This document shows, piece after piece, positions 28,588 through 38,384 of a DNA stretch of 64,000 nt (position 1 is its first letter; each line of letters begins with the position of its first letter). This stretch comes from Dehalococcoidia bacterium. GTDB lineage: Bacteria; Chloroflexota; Dehalococcoidia; Plut-88900. The translations under genes were made by a program, and so were the position numbers. A model generated the notes under the pieces. That model was not told the DNA's origin, did not search any database, and saw only the letters and a program-made list of their open reading frames with translations. The stretch spans positions 1,728,001 through 1,792,000 of the forward strand of contig CBDBLV010000005.1 of the NCBI GenBank assembly GCA_965207225.1, in the 5' to 3' direction.

Positions 28588-29682
28588 TTAGCCCGCCGCT
28601 GCGGCAACCGGGGCCCGGGCCACCATCATGCACTTGGACGAGTTGAAGATATGCGTCTGGATGAAGTCCACGATTTCTGCCTTGTATCCGGTCTCCGTCA
28701 GCGCGCCGGCCAGGCACACCCAGTTCAGCAACTCCTGCTGCCCCGACTCCTCAATTTGGTCCAGCGAAAGGTTCGCCCACAAATGCTGATTGCCGTCACG
28801 AAGCTCCTCGAAACGAGCGTAGTCTGCGTCGTTGTCAGGCCAGAGCAGGTGGTTCTTGGGCGTGAGAAAAGCGTGCGACCAGCTCGATGAGCCTATGAGC
28901 ACAGCCCGGTAGGGACTATCCATCAGAGCCCTCGCCGTCGCCGCCCCGACATCGAAGCACAGCCTGGGTGACGGGGCGGGTGGGTCGGGTTCCGCTCCTT
29001 CCTCGGCATTCAGATAGCTCCCGCCCCTGTTCCTCACCACGCTCGACCCATAGCAGTTCACGTGGAACGGCACCACCGGATAGTCGAAGCCCTTCCTGTC
29101 GTAGTCCAGGAACAAAAGGGTGTTCATGAAGGCGTGGGGCAAGCCGTTGAAGTGGAGGTTCCTGTAGGAGTAAGGCATCGGGTAGCCGTACTCCAGCAGC
29201 TTGGTCGTGAGGAACTTCGCTGCGTCGGGGTGGCCCCTGTGGGTGAAGGTCTTGTCGATGTCCTCGTCCCAGACGTTGAACACCTGGGTACCGTCTGGCT
29301 TGAACCACTTTCTGTGGAAAGGTTGGGTCTCGAACTTGTCGCTGATGTAGATCGAAAAGGGAGGGACGAGGTCCTCGCGAAAGTTCTCGTACTGGTCGTC
29401 GCCCCAGATCAGGACGAAGTCGGGGTTAAAATCATCGATCTCCTTGCGCAAAGCTAGGAACGCCGACACCAGCCTCTCCCGGTGCTCCGCCGCCGACGCC
29501 CCCGCATTCGCCCCATTGGGCCCGTACTCCTCCTGCATCTCCGCGGGCCAGTTCGCCTCGACCTTCATGTCTGCGGGCGTGCGGTCGCTCTCCACGTGCT
29601 TCCGAAGCTGCGAGTACATCCCCTCGTCTGGATAGATCAGGGGCGGGTAGTGCGTAGTGCCGACCAGCAAGAGCTCAGCCAT
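28588..29682 (-). CDS. LigB-type (class III) extradiol ring-cleavage dioxygenase-like protein
   Basis: Motifs GTTHYP, PDFVLIWGDDQYENF, LPHAF, LIGSSSWSH, GQQELLNWVCLAGA. Confidence 0.8.
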   Translation of the reverse strand: MAELLLVGTTHYPPLIYPDEGMYSQLRKHVESDRTPADMKVEANWPAEMQEEYGPNGANAGASAAEHRERLVSAFLALRKEIDDFNPDFVLIWGDDQYENFREDLVPPFSIYISDKFETQPFHRKWFKPDGTQVFNVWDEDIDKTFTHRGHPDAAKFLTTKLLEYGYPMPYSYRNLHFNGLPHAFMNTLLFLDYDRKGFDYPVVPFHVNCYGSSVVRNRGGSYLNAEEGAEPDPPAPSPRLCFDVGAATARALMDSPYRAVLIGSSSWSHAFLTPKNHLLWPDNDADYARFEELRDGNQHLWANLSLDQIEESGQQELLNWVCLAGALTETGYKAEIVDFIQTHIFNSSKCMMVARAPVAAAAG

Positions 29683-29837
29683 AAGACCTCCGAGGGACTA
29701 ATAATGGGTGACCCCGACGATGAGGTGAGTTTGTAGTATAGGCCAAAGCCTTTGTCAACCGCCCTTGTTGCCCCTTCTCACTCGACGAGCCTTTTGTACA
29801 ACTGTCATCCTATGTCCCGCAGAAATATGGGGTGGGA

Positions 29838-29884
29838 CATTCCGCTCGCCCTGAGCGGAGTCGAAGGGTCTCAAGAGCGGAATG
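29838..29884 (+). repeat. REP-like hairpin, family 2 copy
   Basis: CATTCCGCTC-GCCCTGAGCGGAGTCGAAGGGTCTCAA-GAGCGGAATG. Confidence 0.65.
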
Positions 29885-29935
29885 GGCGGGGTGCCCGTAA
29901 GCGCTTCGATTGATTGTGCGTAATGGAGCTGCAGC

Positions 29936-30904
29936 CTACGGCCTCAACAACAGCTTCCCCACCGTCCCCCGACTCGCCAACCTGATGTGCGTATCCGCCG
30001 CATCCGCCAGCGGCGTCACCGAGTCAATCGTCACCTTCAGCTCCCCCGATGCCACCCACCCGAGAACATCATTCAACCTCCACTCCATCTCCTCCCGCGT
30101 AGCTGAGTAATCAATCCCCGAAGGCCGCGTCAGGTATAGAGACCCCAGCGAGTTCAGCACCCGGGGGTTGAACGGCGGCACCGGCCCCGCCGACTGACCG
30201 CACAGCACCATGTACCCCCGACGCCTCAGGCACCGCAGGCTCTGGTCGAAGGTAGTCTTCCCGACGCTGTCGTAAACTACGTGCACCCCCGCCCCCGCCG
30301 TAATCCGCTTCACCTCGGCTTCGAAGTCCTGCTCGGTGTAGATGATCACCTCGTCTGCCCCTGCTCCCCTTGCCACTTCTGCCTTCGTCTCCGTCGATGT
30401 CGTGCCGATCACCCTCGCCCCGATTCGTTTCGCCATCTGCACCATAAGCAGCCCCAGCCCCCCGGCAGCGGCATGTACCAGGCAGGTCTCTCCTTCCTTT
30501 AGCGGGTAACAGCTGTGCACCAGGTAGTGGGCCGTTGTCCCCTGCCCCATCACCGCCGCAGCCCGCTCTAACGAGCAGTCGTCGGGGAGCCGGATCACCC
30601 GACGCGCGGGTACGTTGCTCAGCTCAGCATATGCCCCCAGCGCCCCGTAGTACCCCACCCGGTCCCCGACCCTAAACCCACTCACCTCCTGCCCCACAGC
30701 CGTGACAGTCCCGGCTCCCTCTGTCCCTGGCGTATAGGGAAGCTTCATCGGGTACTCGCCGCTGCGCTGGTAAAGGTCGCGGAAATTCACCCCGATGGCT
30801 TCCAGTTTGACCTGGACCTGGTCGGGGCCCGGGGGTGAAAGCTCGAAGTCCCGGCAGACCATCACCTCCGGCCCGCCCTGCTCTTCGACTCGGATCGCTC
30901 TCAT
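29936..30904 (-). CDS. qor: NADPH:quinone oxidoreductase (zeta-crystallin MDR family)
   Basis: Motifs AIGVNFRD, PGTEGAG, VHAAAGGLG, VVYDSVGK, GSLYLTRP. Confidence 0.88.
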   Translation of the reverse strand: MRAIRVEEQGGPEVMVCRDFELSPPGPDQVQVKLEAIGVNFRDLYQRSGEYPMKLPYTPGTEGAGTVTAVGQEVSGFRVGDRVGYYGALGAYAELSNVPARRVIRLPDDCSLERAAAVMGQGTTAHYLVHSCYPLKEGETCLVHAAAGGLGLLMVQMAKRIGARVIGTTSTETKAEVARGAGADEVIIYTEQDFEAEVKRITAGAGVHVVYDSVGKTTFDQSLRCLRRRGYMVLCGQSAGPVPPFNPRVLNSLGSLYLTRPSGIDYSATREEMEWRLNDVLGWVASGELKVTIDSVTPLADAADTHIRLASRGTVGKLLLRP

Positions 30905-31029
30905 ACGTCGCATTCTAACAGGCAATCTGATTTTATATTCGGGAATTTCTGCTTCTTTACAAAGCCTCACACGATTGCGGTGACATTTTGTATACGATAC
31001 CCTTTTCAAAACACATTGGAGCGAGTGTT

Positions 31030-31815
31030 ATGGCCAGATTTCTACATAGGGCAGAAGTACAGGAAGAGAGGGACCGCATAATAGATAGCGCGGAATCTAT
31101 CCTCTACATTATCAGTCCATACATACAGATCAATTCTTGGACAAAGGAACTCATTGAAGGAACTGAGTCGGATGACATTGACGTGAATGTCATTGCAAGA
31201 CAGCAGAAAGGAAAGCGCCGGCATGTGAGAAAAACGGACGAGGAATTTCTGATGTCGTTGAACTGGGTCACAACAAGTTACTGTCCAGCCCTACACTCCA
31301 AATGCTACTTAAATGAGAATGAGGCACTTGTAACATCTATGAACCTTACCCAAGGATCTGAGTACATCAACTCGGAGATGGGAATATTAGTAGTAGCAGA
31401 AGACGAAGAAGAGTTGTACGATGATATCCTAAACGAATGCAGATACATCGAAAGCAAGAGCGAGTGTGTATCAGGGCCAAAGCGGAGGCCTGTGAGAAAC
31501 GTGGTGTACATCGAAGGCCAAGGCGTAGAGGCAAAGGGACACTTGATAAAAGGCAACAGATTTGAGGTACATACCGGATCGACGGCACTGCTTGACCCAT
31601 CGCCTTCTCTGAGTATAGAGAACTTGGCGGCGCGTGATCATTGCATAAATGAAGACTGGCTTCGTAAAGACGGACAGGTGTATCGCTTCGCTATCCCCAT
31701 CATGTTCCCAGATCCGTCTACGGCAGCTAGCGTGATATTAGGTATTAACGCTAACGGATATAGAAGGTGGAAAAGCAAGAGGGGGAAACCTCTTTCGGAG
31801 GTAAGGAGGCGCTGA
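31030..31815 (+). CDS. PLD-like nuclease domain fused to DUF4357 (RAMA-like) domain
   Basis: N-terminal IISPY and LHSKCYLNE..ALVTSMNL...N.EMG (single HxK). C-terminal F.V..GS...F.DPSTAASVILG.NANG...WK...GK.L. AT-rich. Confidence 0.72.
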   Translation: MARFLHRAEVQEERDRIIDSAESILYIISPYIQINSWTKELIEGTESDDIDVNVIARQQKGKRRHVRKTDEEFLMSLNWVTTSYCPALHSKCYLNENEALVTSMNLTQGSEYINSEMGILVVAEDEEELYDDILNECRYIESKSECVSGPKRRPVRNVVYIEGQGVEAKGHLIKGNRFEVHTGSTALLDPSPSLSIENLAARDHCINEDWLRKDGQVYRFAIPIMFPDPSTAASVILGINANGYRRWKSKRGKPLSEVRRR

Positions 31816-31823
31816 AACAGTCA

Positions 31824-32582
31824 ATGACACACGACATGAAAGGCAAGGTGGCCCTGGTTACCGGCGGAGGCTCGGGTATAGGGAGGGCAACGGTCCTGGC
31901 CTTTGCGAAGCGAGGCGCGACCGTCGCTACCGTCGACGTGGACGAGGACGGATGCGCCGAGACTGCACGCCTCGCCGCCGAAGTAGGGGCCAGCATAGAC
32001 TTCTGGCGAGCCGACGTATCCCAGGCCAATGAAGTAGAGGCGATGGTCAATCGAGTGGTTGAGGCCCACGGGCGCCTCGACTATGCCTACAACAACGCCG
32101 GCATCGAAGGCCCGACTGGCAGCCTAATCGATTGCTCAGAAGCCGACTTTGACCGCCTGACGGCCATCAACTTCAAGGGCGTCTGGCTCTGCATGATATA
32201 CGAATACCCGGCCATGCTGGCGTCGGGAGGCGGTGCCATAGTCAACACTTCCTCGATTAGCGGCCTGAAGGGGAGTGCCAGCCTGGGACCCTACACAGGC
32301 ACCAAGTTCGGCGTCGCGGGACTGACAAGATCAGCCGCCCTGGAGTTTGCTGAAAGGGGTGTGCGGGTCAACGCCGTATGCCCCGGCACCATAGATACCC
32401 CTATGGTCGAGCGCCTGTGGGGCGCCGACCCCAAGAAGAACCGCCAACTATTAGAGGGGACGCCTCTGCACCGACAGGGAGACCCCTCCGAAGTCGCCGA
32501 GGTAGTCGTCTGGCTCTGCTCCGACTCTGCATCCTACGTCAACGGCAACCTCATGAAAGTAGACGGCGGCTATCTGGCCTAA
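31824..32582 (+). CDS. Short-chain dehydrogenase/reductase
   Basis: Motifs TGGGSGIG, NNAG, YTGTK, VNAVCPG, VDGG. Confidence 0.93.
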   Translation: MTHDMKGKVALVTGGGSGIGRATVLAFAKRGATVATVDVDEDGCAETARLAAEVGASIDFWRADVSQANEVEAMVNRVVEAHGRLDYAYNNAGIEGPTGSLIDCSEADFDRLTAINFKGVWLCMIYEYPAMLASGGGAIVNTSSISGLKGSASLGPYTGTKFGVAGLTRSAALEFAERGVRVNAVCPGTIDTPMVERLWGADPKKNRQLLEGTPLHRQGDPSEVAEVVVWLCSDSASYVNGNLMKVDGGYLA

Positions 32583-32705
32583 ACACACCCCTTCCTTATC
32601 GTCATTCCCGCCTCCGAGCTGGCATCTATTCCTTTCGGGTGAGCCTGCCATGTCTACTGTCGGCCCCGACACACTTGGTCGGTGGAGAGGCAAGACCTGC
32701 CTGGC

Positions 32706-34127
32706 TCACACTACAAGGCTAATCGAGGCCGTCGCAATTCCCAGGTAGAGCAAGAACCCAATAACGTCCGTAAACGTAGTGACCAGCACCGCCGATGCCA
32801 CAGCAGGGTCGACCCCAATCCTTCGCATGAACAGTGGCACGCCTGCTCCCACTGTACCCGCGATCGCCATGTTGCCGAGCATCGCCAGCCCCAGCACAAA
32901 GCCCAGTCCCGGGTTCTGCTTCCATAGAATCGCGATGACCGCGACCAGAATTCCCAGCCACACTCCGTGCAACAGGCCGAGAATCGCCTCCCTTACCAGG
33001 AGCCGCCTCGCACCCAGCCCGACAAGCTCCCCCAACGCAATTCCCCGTACTATCAGGGTCAGGGTCTGAGTACCGCCAATGCCTCCCTGACCCGCTACCA
33101 CGGGCAGGAATGCAGCCAGCACTACGGCCTGTGCCAGCGTCGATTCGAAGAGCGTAATCGTCGCCGCTGCAATGAACGTTGTTCCCAGGTTGACGGTTAG
33201 CCACGGGAGTCGTGCCCGCACCGACGCTGCAATCGGGCCATCCACCGCTTCCCCTGCTACGTTGGCTACACGTTGCATCTGACGCGTATCATGCTCGACC
33301 GTTGCACTTAACAGGGCCTCCCCCAGGATTACCCCTGCCAGCCTCCCTTCCTCAACAACGGGGAGTTGAGACAAATTATAGTGCTGTTGTAGCCGTGAAC
33401 ACTCTCTGGTGGGAGTGTCCGTTGTCACCGTCGCCACGATTGTCGTGACAAGGCCCTGGACCGGTGTGTCGTTCTCTACCAGTGCCAGGTCTACCATGCT
33501 GATTTGGCCCGCAAGTTTGCCGTCTTCCTCAATGACGAAAGCGTGCGAGAACTTCTGCTTCTCTTCTCCCATGGCCCTGATGCTGTCCCTCAGTTCTCTC
33601 ACCTCGGAAGTGATCGTAACCGCAGGAAACTGTTCGGTCATCAAGGCTCCGGCGGTATCAGGCTCGTGTTCGAGAATCTCTGCGATTACATGGGGTTGCT
33701 CCAGCTCCTTGGCCACCTCTCGGGCCCGTAGGATTGGTAGCCTCTGCAGTGTGTCTAGCGCCTGATGAGGATGGATCTGGCGCAGCACCCCCGACAGCAT
33801 ACGAGACCCCAGCCTGGCCCCGACCCGTCCCGCTTCTACGGGATTCATCTGCCTCAGTATCAAGGCTACGGTCTCGGGCGACATGGTCTGGACCATCGCA
33901 TCCCTGCTGGTACGCGGCAGCCCCGCCACGATGCTCCCAATGTCGGCTGGGTGTAGGTGCCGGATATGGTCCCATGCCGCACGGGCCCTTCCGGCCTTGA
34001 TCAGGTCATGGACCTCGTCGACGATCTCCTCGGCTCGGTCTAGCGATATCGCCCGGGGGCTGACGCTGGACTCCTCCAGGGTGACTGCTTCCTCGCAATT
34101 GCCGTGCGTGTCTTTCATGTGTCGCAA
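32706..34127 (-). CDS. mgtE: Magnesium transporter MgtE family
   Basis: LHPADI, TAGALMT CBS pair, RLPWL, DPAVAS..VTTFTD. Start uncertain. Confidence 0.88.
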   Translation of the reverse strand: MRHMKDTHGNCEEAVTLEESSVSPRAISLDRAEEIVDEVHDLIKAGRARAAWDHIRHLHPADIGSIVAGLPRTSRDAMVQTMSPETVALILRQMNPVEAGRVGARLGSRMLSGVLRQIHPHQALDTLQRLPILRAREVAKELEQPHVIAEILEHEPDTAGALMTEQFPAVTITSEVRELRDSIRAMGEEKQKFSHAFVIEEDGKLAGQISMVDLALVENDTPVQGLVTTIVATVTTDTPTRECSRLQQHYNLSQLPVVEEGRLAGVILGEALLSATVEHDTRQMQRVANVAGEAVDGPIAASVRARLPWLTVNLGTTFIAAATITLFESTLAQAVVLAAFLPVVAGQGGIGGTQTLTLIVRGIALGELVGLGARRLLVREAILGLLHGVWLGILVAVIAILWKQNPGLGFVLGLAMLGNMAIAGTVGAGVPLFMRRIGVDPAVASAVLVTTFTDVIGFLLYLGIATASISLVV

Positions 34128-34235
34128 CTCCTGGCTTCAAACCAACGTATTCGCATAAGGAAACCGCGAGAACATGGCCAGCGCCACTCGGCAGTTGTTA
34201 AGAGCGAAAGACGTTCTCTCGGTACGGTTAGCCCG

Positions 34236-34748
34236 TCAGATGTCCAGTGTCTTCTCGTAGAAAAAGCTCAACGGATCATCCCTGTAGTCCCCGAAGGGCG
34301 GAATTTTGTAGTACCCGGTCCGCTCGTAGAGTCCCAGGGCCTCAGGCTGCGAAACCCCCACCTCCAGCCGCACCTTCGAATACCCCCTAGCCGCGGCAAC
34401 GCCCTCTAGGTGCTCCAGCATCTTCTTCGCATACCCCCGACCCCTGAACCCCGGCCGCACGTACATCCGCTTGATCTCCCCGTAGCTATCCCCGTCCCCC
34501 GACGGCTCCCCGAAAAGCTGCACCCCACCACACCCCGCCGCCGCCCCATCCTCGTACAGCACGAAGAACTCGACGCCCTGCTCTACCAGCTTCTCGACGT
34601 CATACCCATGCTGGCTCTCCGCCGGGTAGAGTGGGTCCAGGTATGCGTACAACTCCGCGATCAGGGCTCGCGCCGTGTCGGTGCCCGGGTGCTCCCCGCA
34701 AATGGCAAACGTGCCACCGGAATCCGTATCGCGAACTGTACATGACAT
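34236..34748 (-). CDS. GNAT family N-acetyltransferase
   Basis: Motifs EIKRMYV.P.FRGRG, LEVG.SQPEALGLYERTGY. Confidence 0.9.
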   Translation of the reverse strand: MSCTVRDTDSGGTFAICGEHPGTDTARALIAELYAYLDPLYPAESQHGYDVEKLVEQGVEFFVLYEDGAAAGCGGVQLFGEPSGDGDSYGEIKRMYVRPGFRGRGYAKKMLEHLEGVAAARGYSKVRLEVGVSQPEALGLYERTGYYKIPPFGDYRDDPLSFFYEKTLDI

Positions 34749-34759
34749 GCCTTGTCAGC

Positions 34760-35380
34760 TTAGAGAAACGACAAATCTTGTCGGCAATACTGCACTTCGG
34801 GAAAACGGGGCACGCCTGGCAACAGGTTGTCACCGTTGACGAACTTGACGAATAGATCGGGCTGCTGCCTCCGGGACTTGTAGACCCGGTCAACGTCCTG
34901 GTATCGCCGGTCCTCTTCCCTGGGAAAATACAGCTCCGTGGTCAGGACCCCATTGTCGATATTCCGCAACTTGACGTGAATGTGCGCTGCGCGGTCAGTC
35001 CCAAACACGTGATACCACCGCGGGATGACTGTGCGAAACCAGTAGACGCCGTCCTCACCGGTTTCAACTGCTGCGAAATACCGGAAGTTCTCGTCCAGAT
35101 CGTCAGGGGTGATCTTCCAATGGTCGTCCAGCGCATCACTGCCTCGCGCCCTGGGGTGATCGTAGTAGCCTCTGCTATCCGCTTGCCAGATTTCCACCAG
35201 TGCCGAATGGACCGGGTCCCCGCGAAAGTCTGAGACGACACCCATCAACACAACTTGCTGACCAGACGCGTTTCCTCCGTTGGTCAGATCATGCCTTCGC
35301 GGTATCTCTCCGGGCGGATAAAAGGGTCCGTCCTCCGTGGGTGGTGTGACAAATGTTGGTCGTGCTGCTGCTTCTGCCAT
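34760..35380 (-). CDS. Intradiol ring-cleavage dioxygenase (protocatechuate 3,4-dioxygenase beta-like)
   Basis: Motifs EDGPFY, VEIWQAD.RGYY, IPRWY, RAAHIH, LTTELYF (2 Tyr/2 His ligands). Confidence 0.85.
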   Translation of the reverse strand: MAEAAARPTFVTPPTEDGPFYPPGEIPRRHDLTNGGNASGQQVVLMGVVSDFRGDPVHSALVEIWQADSRGYYDHPRARGSDALDDHWKITPDDLDENFRYFAAVETGEDGVYWFRTVIPRWYHVFGTDRAAHIHVKLRNIDNGVLTTELYFPREEDRRYQDVDRVYKSRRQQPDLFVKFVNGDNLLPGVPRFPEVQYCRQDLSFL

Positions 35381-35439
35381 TGATCAAGAGCCTCCGAACC
35401 TGAAACTGGACCGCAATGATTGGGCGCGGAATCAGGAGC

Positions 35440-37407
35440 TTACACCCCCCTCCCCGCCCGAGTCCCCTCCAGAATGGCGTCGTGGATCCGGCGCGGCGCC
35501 CTCGCATCTCCCACCACCCGCACGTCGGCAACTTTGCCCTTCAACGACTTGTAGAGACCATCCTGCGCCTCACGCAGGCCCGCATGGACGATGGTCGTGA
35601 CCCCGTCCACCGTGCGCTCCTCATCGTTGTAGATGTTTCGCAGGACCACCTGCTCCTCCCGGATCTCCTTCACTTCCGTGTGCGGCGTCAGTGTGACGCC
35701 GTTGGTGAACATGCGCTGGTAGACCAGCGGCTTCGTGCTGATATCTATGTCCTCCCCAATGGTGAACAGGTCCGACACCACTTCCACGCTGCTTCCCTTC
35801 AGGGCCAACTGCTCTGCCACTGCCGGCCCCTTGTGATGGCCGTCCTGGTCGATCACCAGCACCTTCTCGCCCCAGTCCACCTCCCGGGTCAGGGCCTCTT
35901 CCGTTGTCACCACGGGCCCCGACTCCGCTCCCGGTATGTCCGGTGGTAGCTGCTCCGACCCCGTGGCTATGATCACCGCATCCGGCGACTCCGCAAGGAC
36001 GATGTTGGCGTTGGCCTCTGTCCCGAGCCGGATATCGACTCCCAGCTTGCGCGCCTGCTCCTCCAGCCAGATAGTTATCGCACCGAAGTCCTCCCGCCCC
36101 GACGCCTTCGTATATGGCGTTATCTGCCCGCCCAGCACCGCCCTCTTTTCAAACAAAACGACATCGTGGCCCCGCTCGGCAGAGACCCGGGCCGCCTCCA
36201 GCCCCCCGGGCCCTCCCCCGACCACCACAACCTTCTTCTTACTTTCGGCGGGCTTAACGATTGCCAACTCGGCTTCCCGACTTATAACCGGGTTGTGTAT
36301 GCACGTCACGGGCTTCCCGTGGAACAGCCGCCCGATGCAGCCCTGGTTGCTCCCGATGCAGGGCCGTATATCCTCAACCCTGCCCTCTCTGGCTTTATTG
36401 GCGAGATGTGGGTCGGCGATCATGGCCCGCGTCATTGCCACCAGGTCGGCCTTCCCCTCGGATACGATCCATTCTCCCTGCATGGGATCTGTGATTCGAC
36501 CTGCAATCAGGATGGCGAGACTGCTGTTCCGCTTCACCTCGGCCGCATAGTCCACCCACAGCCCCGTCTTGAACCACATCGCCGGGACGGCCTCCGACTG
36601 GCCCATCATGTACTCCGGCGTTGCCCCCGTGATGCTCAGGTAATCGACCTGCCCCGTGGCCTCGAGAATTTCGAAGATCTTCAACTGGTCAGCCCGACTC
36701 AACCCGCCCTTGGTACGCTCGTCCTCGCCCCCTACCCGGATCCCGACCACGAAGTCCTCTCCAACCTGCTCCCTAGCCGCTTCAATGACCTCTAATGCGA
36801 AGCGCATCCGGTTTTCCAGCGAGCCGCCGTAGGCGTCGGTGCGCCTGTTGGAGAAAGGAGACAGGAACTGCTCCGGCAGGTGCCCCGACCCGATCATGAT
36901 CTCCACCCCGTCAAAGCCGCCCGCCTTCAGCCGACCCGCGGCCTTACCATATCCCTCTACCACATCCTTTATCTCTTCGATCTCCATGGCGTGGGGAGTT
37001 TCACGGTGCACCCGCTCCGGCAGACCCGACGGCGCGAACAACGGGTGCCACGAGATGTCCGATGTCCCTCTCCGACCCCTGTGCGTAATCTGCGAAAAAA
37101 TCTTCGCTCCATGCTGGTGCACCGCCGCCGAGGCGTCCTTCAAATAGGGAATCACCTTGTCCTCGAACAGCTCCACCCCGCCCCAGTCCACCGCCGGCGA
37201 TGAGTGGTGCACGGACGCTGAGCCATAGCAGATGATCAACCCCGCCCCGCCCCGTGCCTTTTCGGCCTGGTAGGCGTTTATCTTGGGGCCGGGCATCCCG
37301 TTGTCGGCCAGGACGGTCGCGTGCGCCGTGCTCACGATGCGGTTCCGAATCGTTACGTTTCGCATCGTCAAAGGGCTGAACAGGTTGGGGAACTGGGTGC
37401 TTGCCAT
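35440..37407 (-). CDS. OYE-type NADH:flavin oxidoreductase with Fe-S and FAD domains (FadH/DgcA-like)
   Basis: Motifs IRNRIVSTAH, QITHRGRR, FLSP..NRRTD.YGGSLENR, CIGSNQGC..CIHNP, VGGGPGG. Confidence 0.88.
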   Translation of the reverse strand: MASTQFPNLFSPLTMRNVTIRNRIVSTAHATVLADNGMPGPKINAYQAEKARGGAGLIICYGSASVHHSSPAVDWGGVELFEDKVIPYLKDASAAVHQHGAKIFSQITHRGRRGTSDISWHPLFAPSGLPERVHRETPHAMEIEEIKDVVEGYGKAAGRLKAGGFDGVEIMIGSGHLPEQFLSPFSNRRTDAYGGSLENRMRFALEVIEAAREQVGEDFVVGIRVGGEDERTKGGLSRADQLKIFEILEATGQVDYLSITGATPEYMMGQSEAVPAMWFKTGLWVDYAAEVKRNSSLAILIAGRITDPMQGEWIVSEGKADLVAMTRAMIADPHLANKAREGRVEDIRPCIGSNQGCIGRLFHGKPVTCIHNPVISREAELAIVKPAESKKKVVVVGGGPGGLEAARVSAERGHDVVLFEKRAVLGGQITPYTKASGREDFGAITIWLEEQARKLGVDIRLGTEANANIVLAESPDAVIIATGSEQLPPDIPGAESGPVVTTEEALTREVDWGEKVLVIDQDGHHKGPAVAEQLALKGSSVEVVSDLFTIGEDIDISTKPLVYQRMFTNGVTLTPHTEVKEIREEQVVLRNIYNDEERTVDGVTTIVHAGLREAQDGLYKSLKGKVADVRVVGDARAPRRIHDAILEGTRAGRGV

Positions 37408-37441
37408 TTCTAGTTTTCCTCTGATTACGCCTGTCGGATTT

Positions 37442-38317
37442 CTATACCAGGGCCACGGGGTTCCATGGCGTCCCCGACGCCTCCGTCAACGGCAGCGGCG
37501 CCCCGACAAACATGAACTCGTACACCTGGTCCCGGGCAATCTCCTCCAGGTTCATGTTCTCCAGCAGGTATACGCCCAGGTCTCGCAATGCGTAGCGATG
37601 GAGCAGGCTGTACCCCTCTCCCCCGTCCGGGCTGGTCACTTCAACCGTCGGCTGGTCCGCCCCGATTGCACAGACGTCCCTCTCTTTCAGCCACGGGGCC
37701 AGGGAGCCGTCCGGCCCCGGCACCCCTGATCGCCACAGGTCGTAGTCCTTGTAGAAGACCGTGTGCCACCCCGTGCGGAACAATAACACGTCTCCCGGCC
37801 GGATCTCGACCCCCTGCGACGCCGCCACCGCATCCAACTCCTCTCCCGTCACTACCTCCGCGGCGTCCATGTGCTCTATCCCTCGATACCTGGGGATGTC
37901 CAGCATTACCCCCCGCCCGACTATCGCCTTCACCTGGTCGATCCCTATCTTCCGCACCCCCGACTTGAAGACCTGCTCCTCCGAGTAGCCGTTGTAGAAC
38001 TGCCCCTCCGCCCACGAGTGGCCCAGGGAGTCGATATGCGTCCCCGAATGCGTGTCAATGGTCAGCACGTCCTCGGTGAAGTTGACGTTGGGCGTAGGCG
38101 TGGAGAAGGTGACCTTCCACGTCTTGTGAAAGGGAGCGTGCTGGTGTCCGTTCCGCTCCAGGGGCACGGCAAGGCTGTACACCTTGCCCTTTTTGATGAG
38201 CCCCGCGGCCTTGAGAATGACTTCGGGGGTGATCAGGTTCAGGGTCCCGAGCTGGTCCTCGGCTCCCCACCGACCCCAATTGGAAACTGCTGCTTGCGTC
38301 ACAGGATTACCCTCCAT
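37442..38317 (-). CDS. Cyclase family (kynurenine formamidase-like) metal hydrolase
   Basis: Motifs NWGRWG.EDQLGTLN, HSGTHIDSLGH, GRGVMLD, LLFRTGW. Confidence 0.88.
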   Translation of the reverse strand: MEGNPVTQAAVSNWGRWGAEDQLGTLNLITPEVILKAAGLIKKGKVYSLAVPLERNGHQHAPFHKTWKVTFSTPTPNVNFTEDVLTIDTHSGTHIDSLGHSWAEGQFYNGYSEEQVFKSGVRKIGIDQVKAIVGRGVMLDIPRYRGIEHMDAAEVVTGEELDAVAASQGVEIRPGDVLLFRTGWHTVFYKDYDLWRSGVPGPDGSLAPWLKERDVCAIGADQPTVEVTSPDGGEGYSLLHRYALRDLGVYLLENMNLEEIARDQVYEFMFVGAPLPLTEASGTPWNPVALV

Positions 38318-38384
38318 TGCTGTTCAGCGGCGGCTTTGGCGCTCATTTTACCATCGCCCGTCCCCCGACTAAGGAAAACAGCCC

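Noticed and set aside
29735-29758. Minus-strand TTGACA plus TATACT promoter
   Set aside because: The spacer is only 12 bp, so the two boxes do not form a canonical pair.
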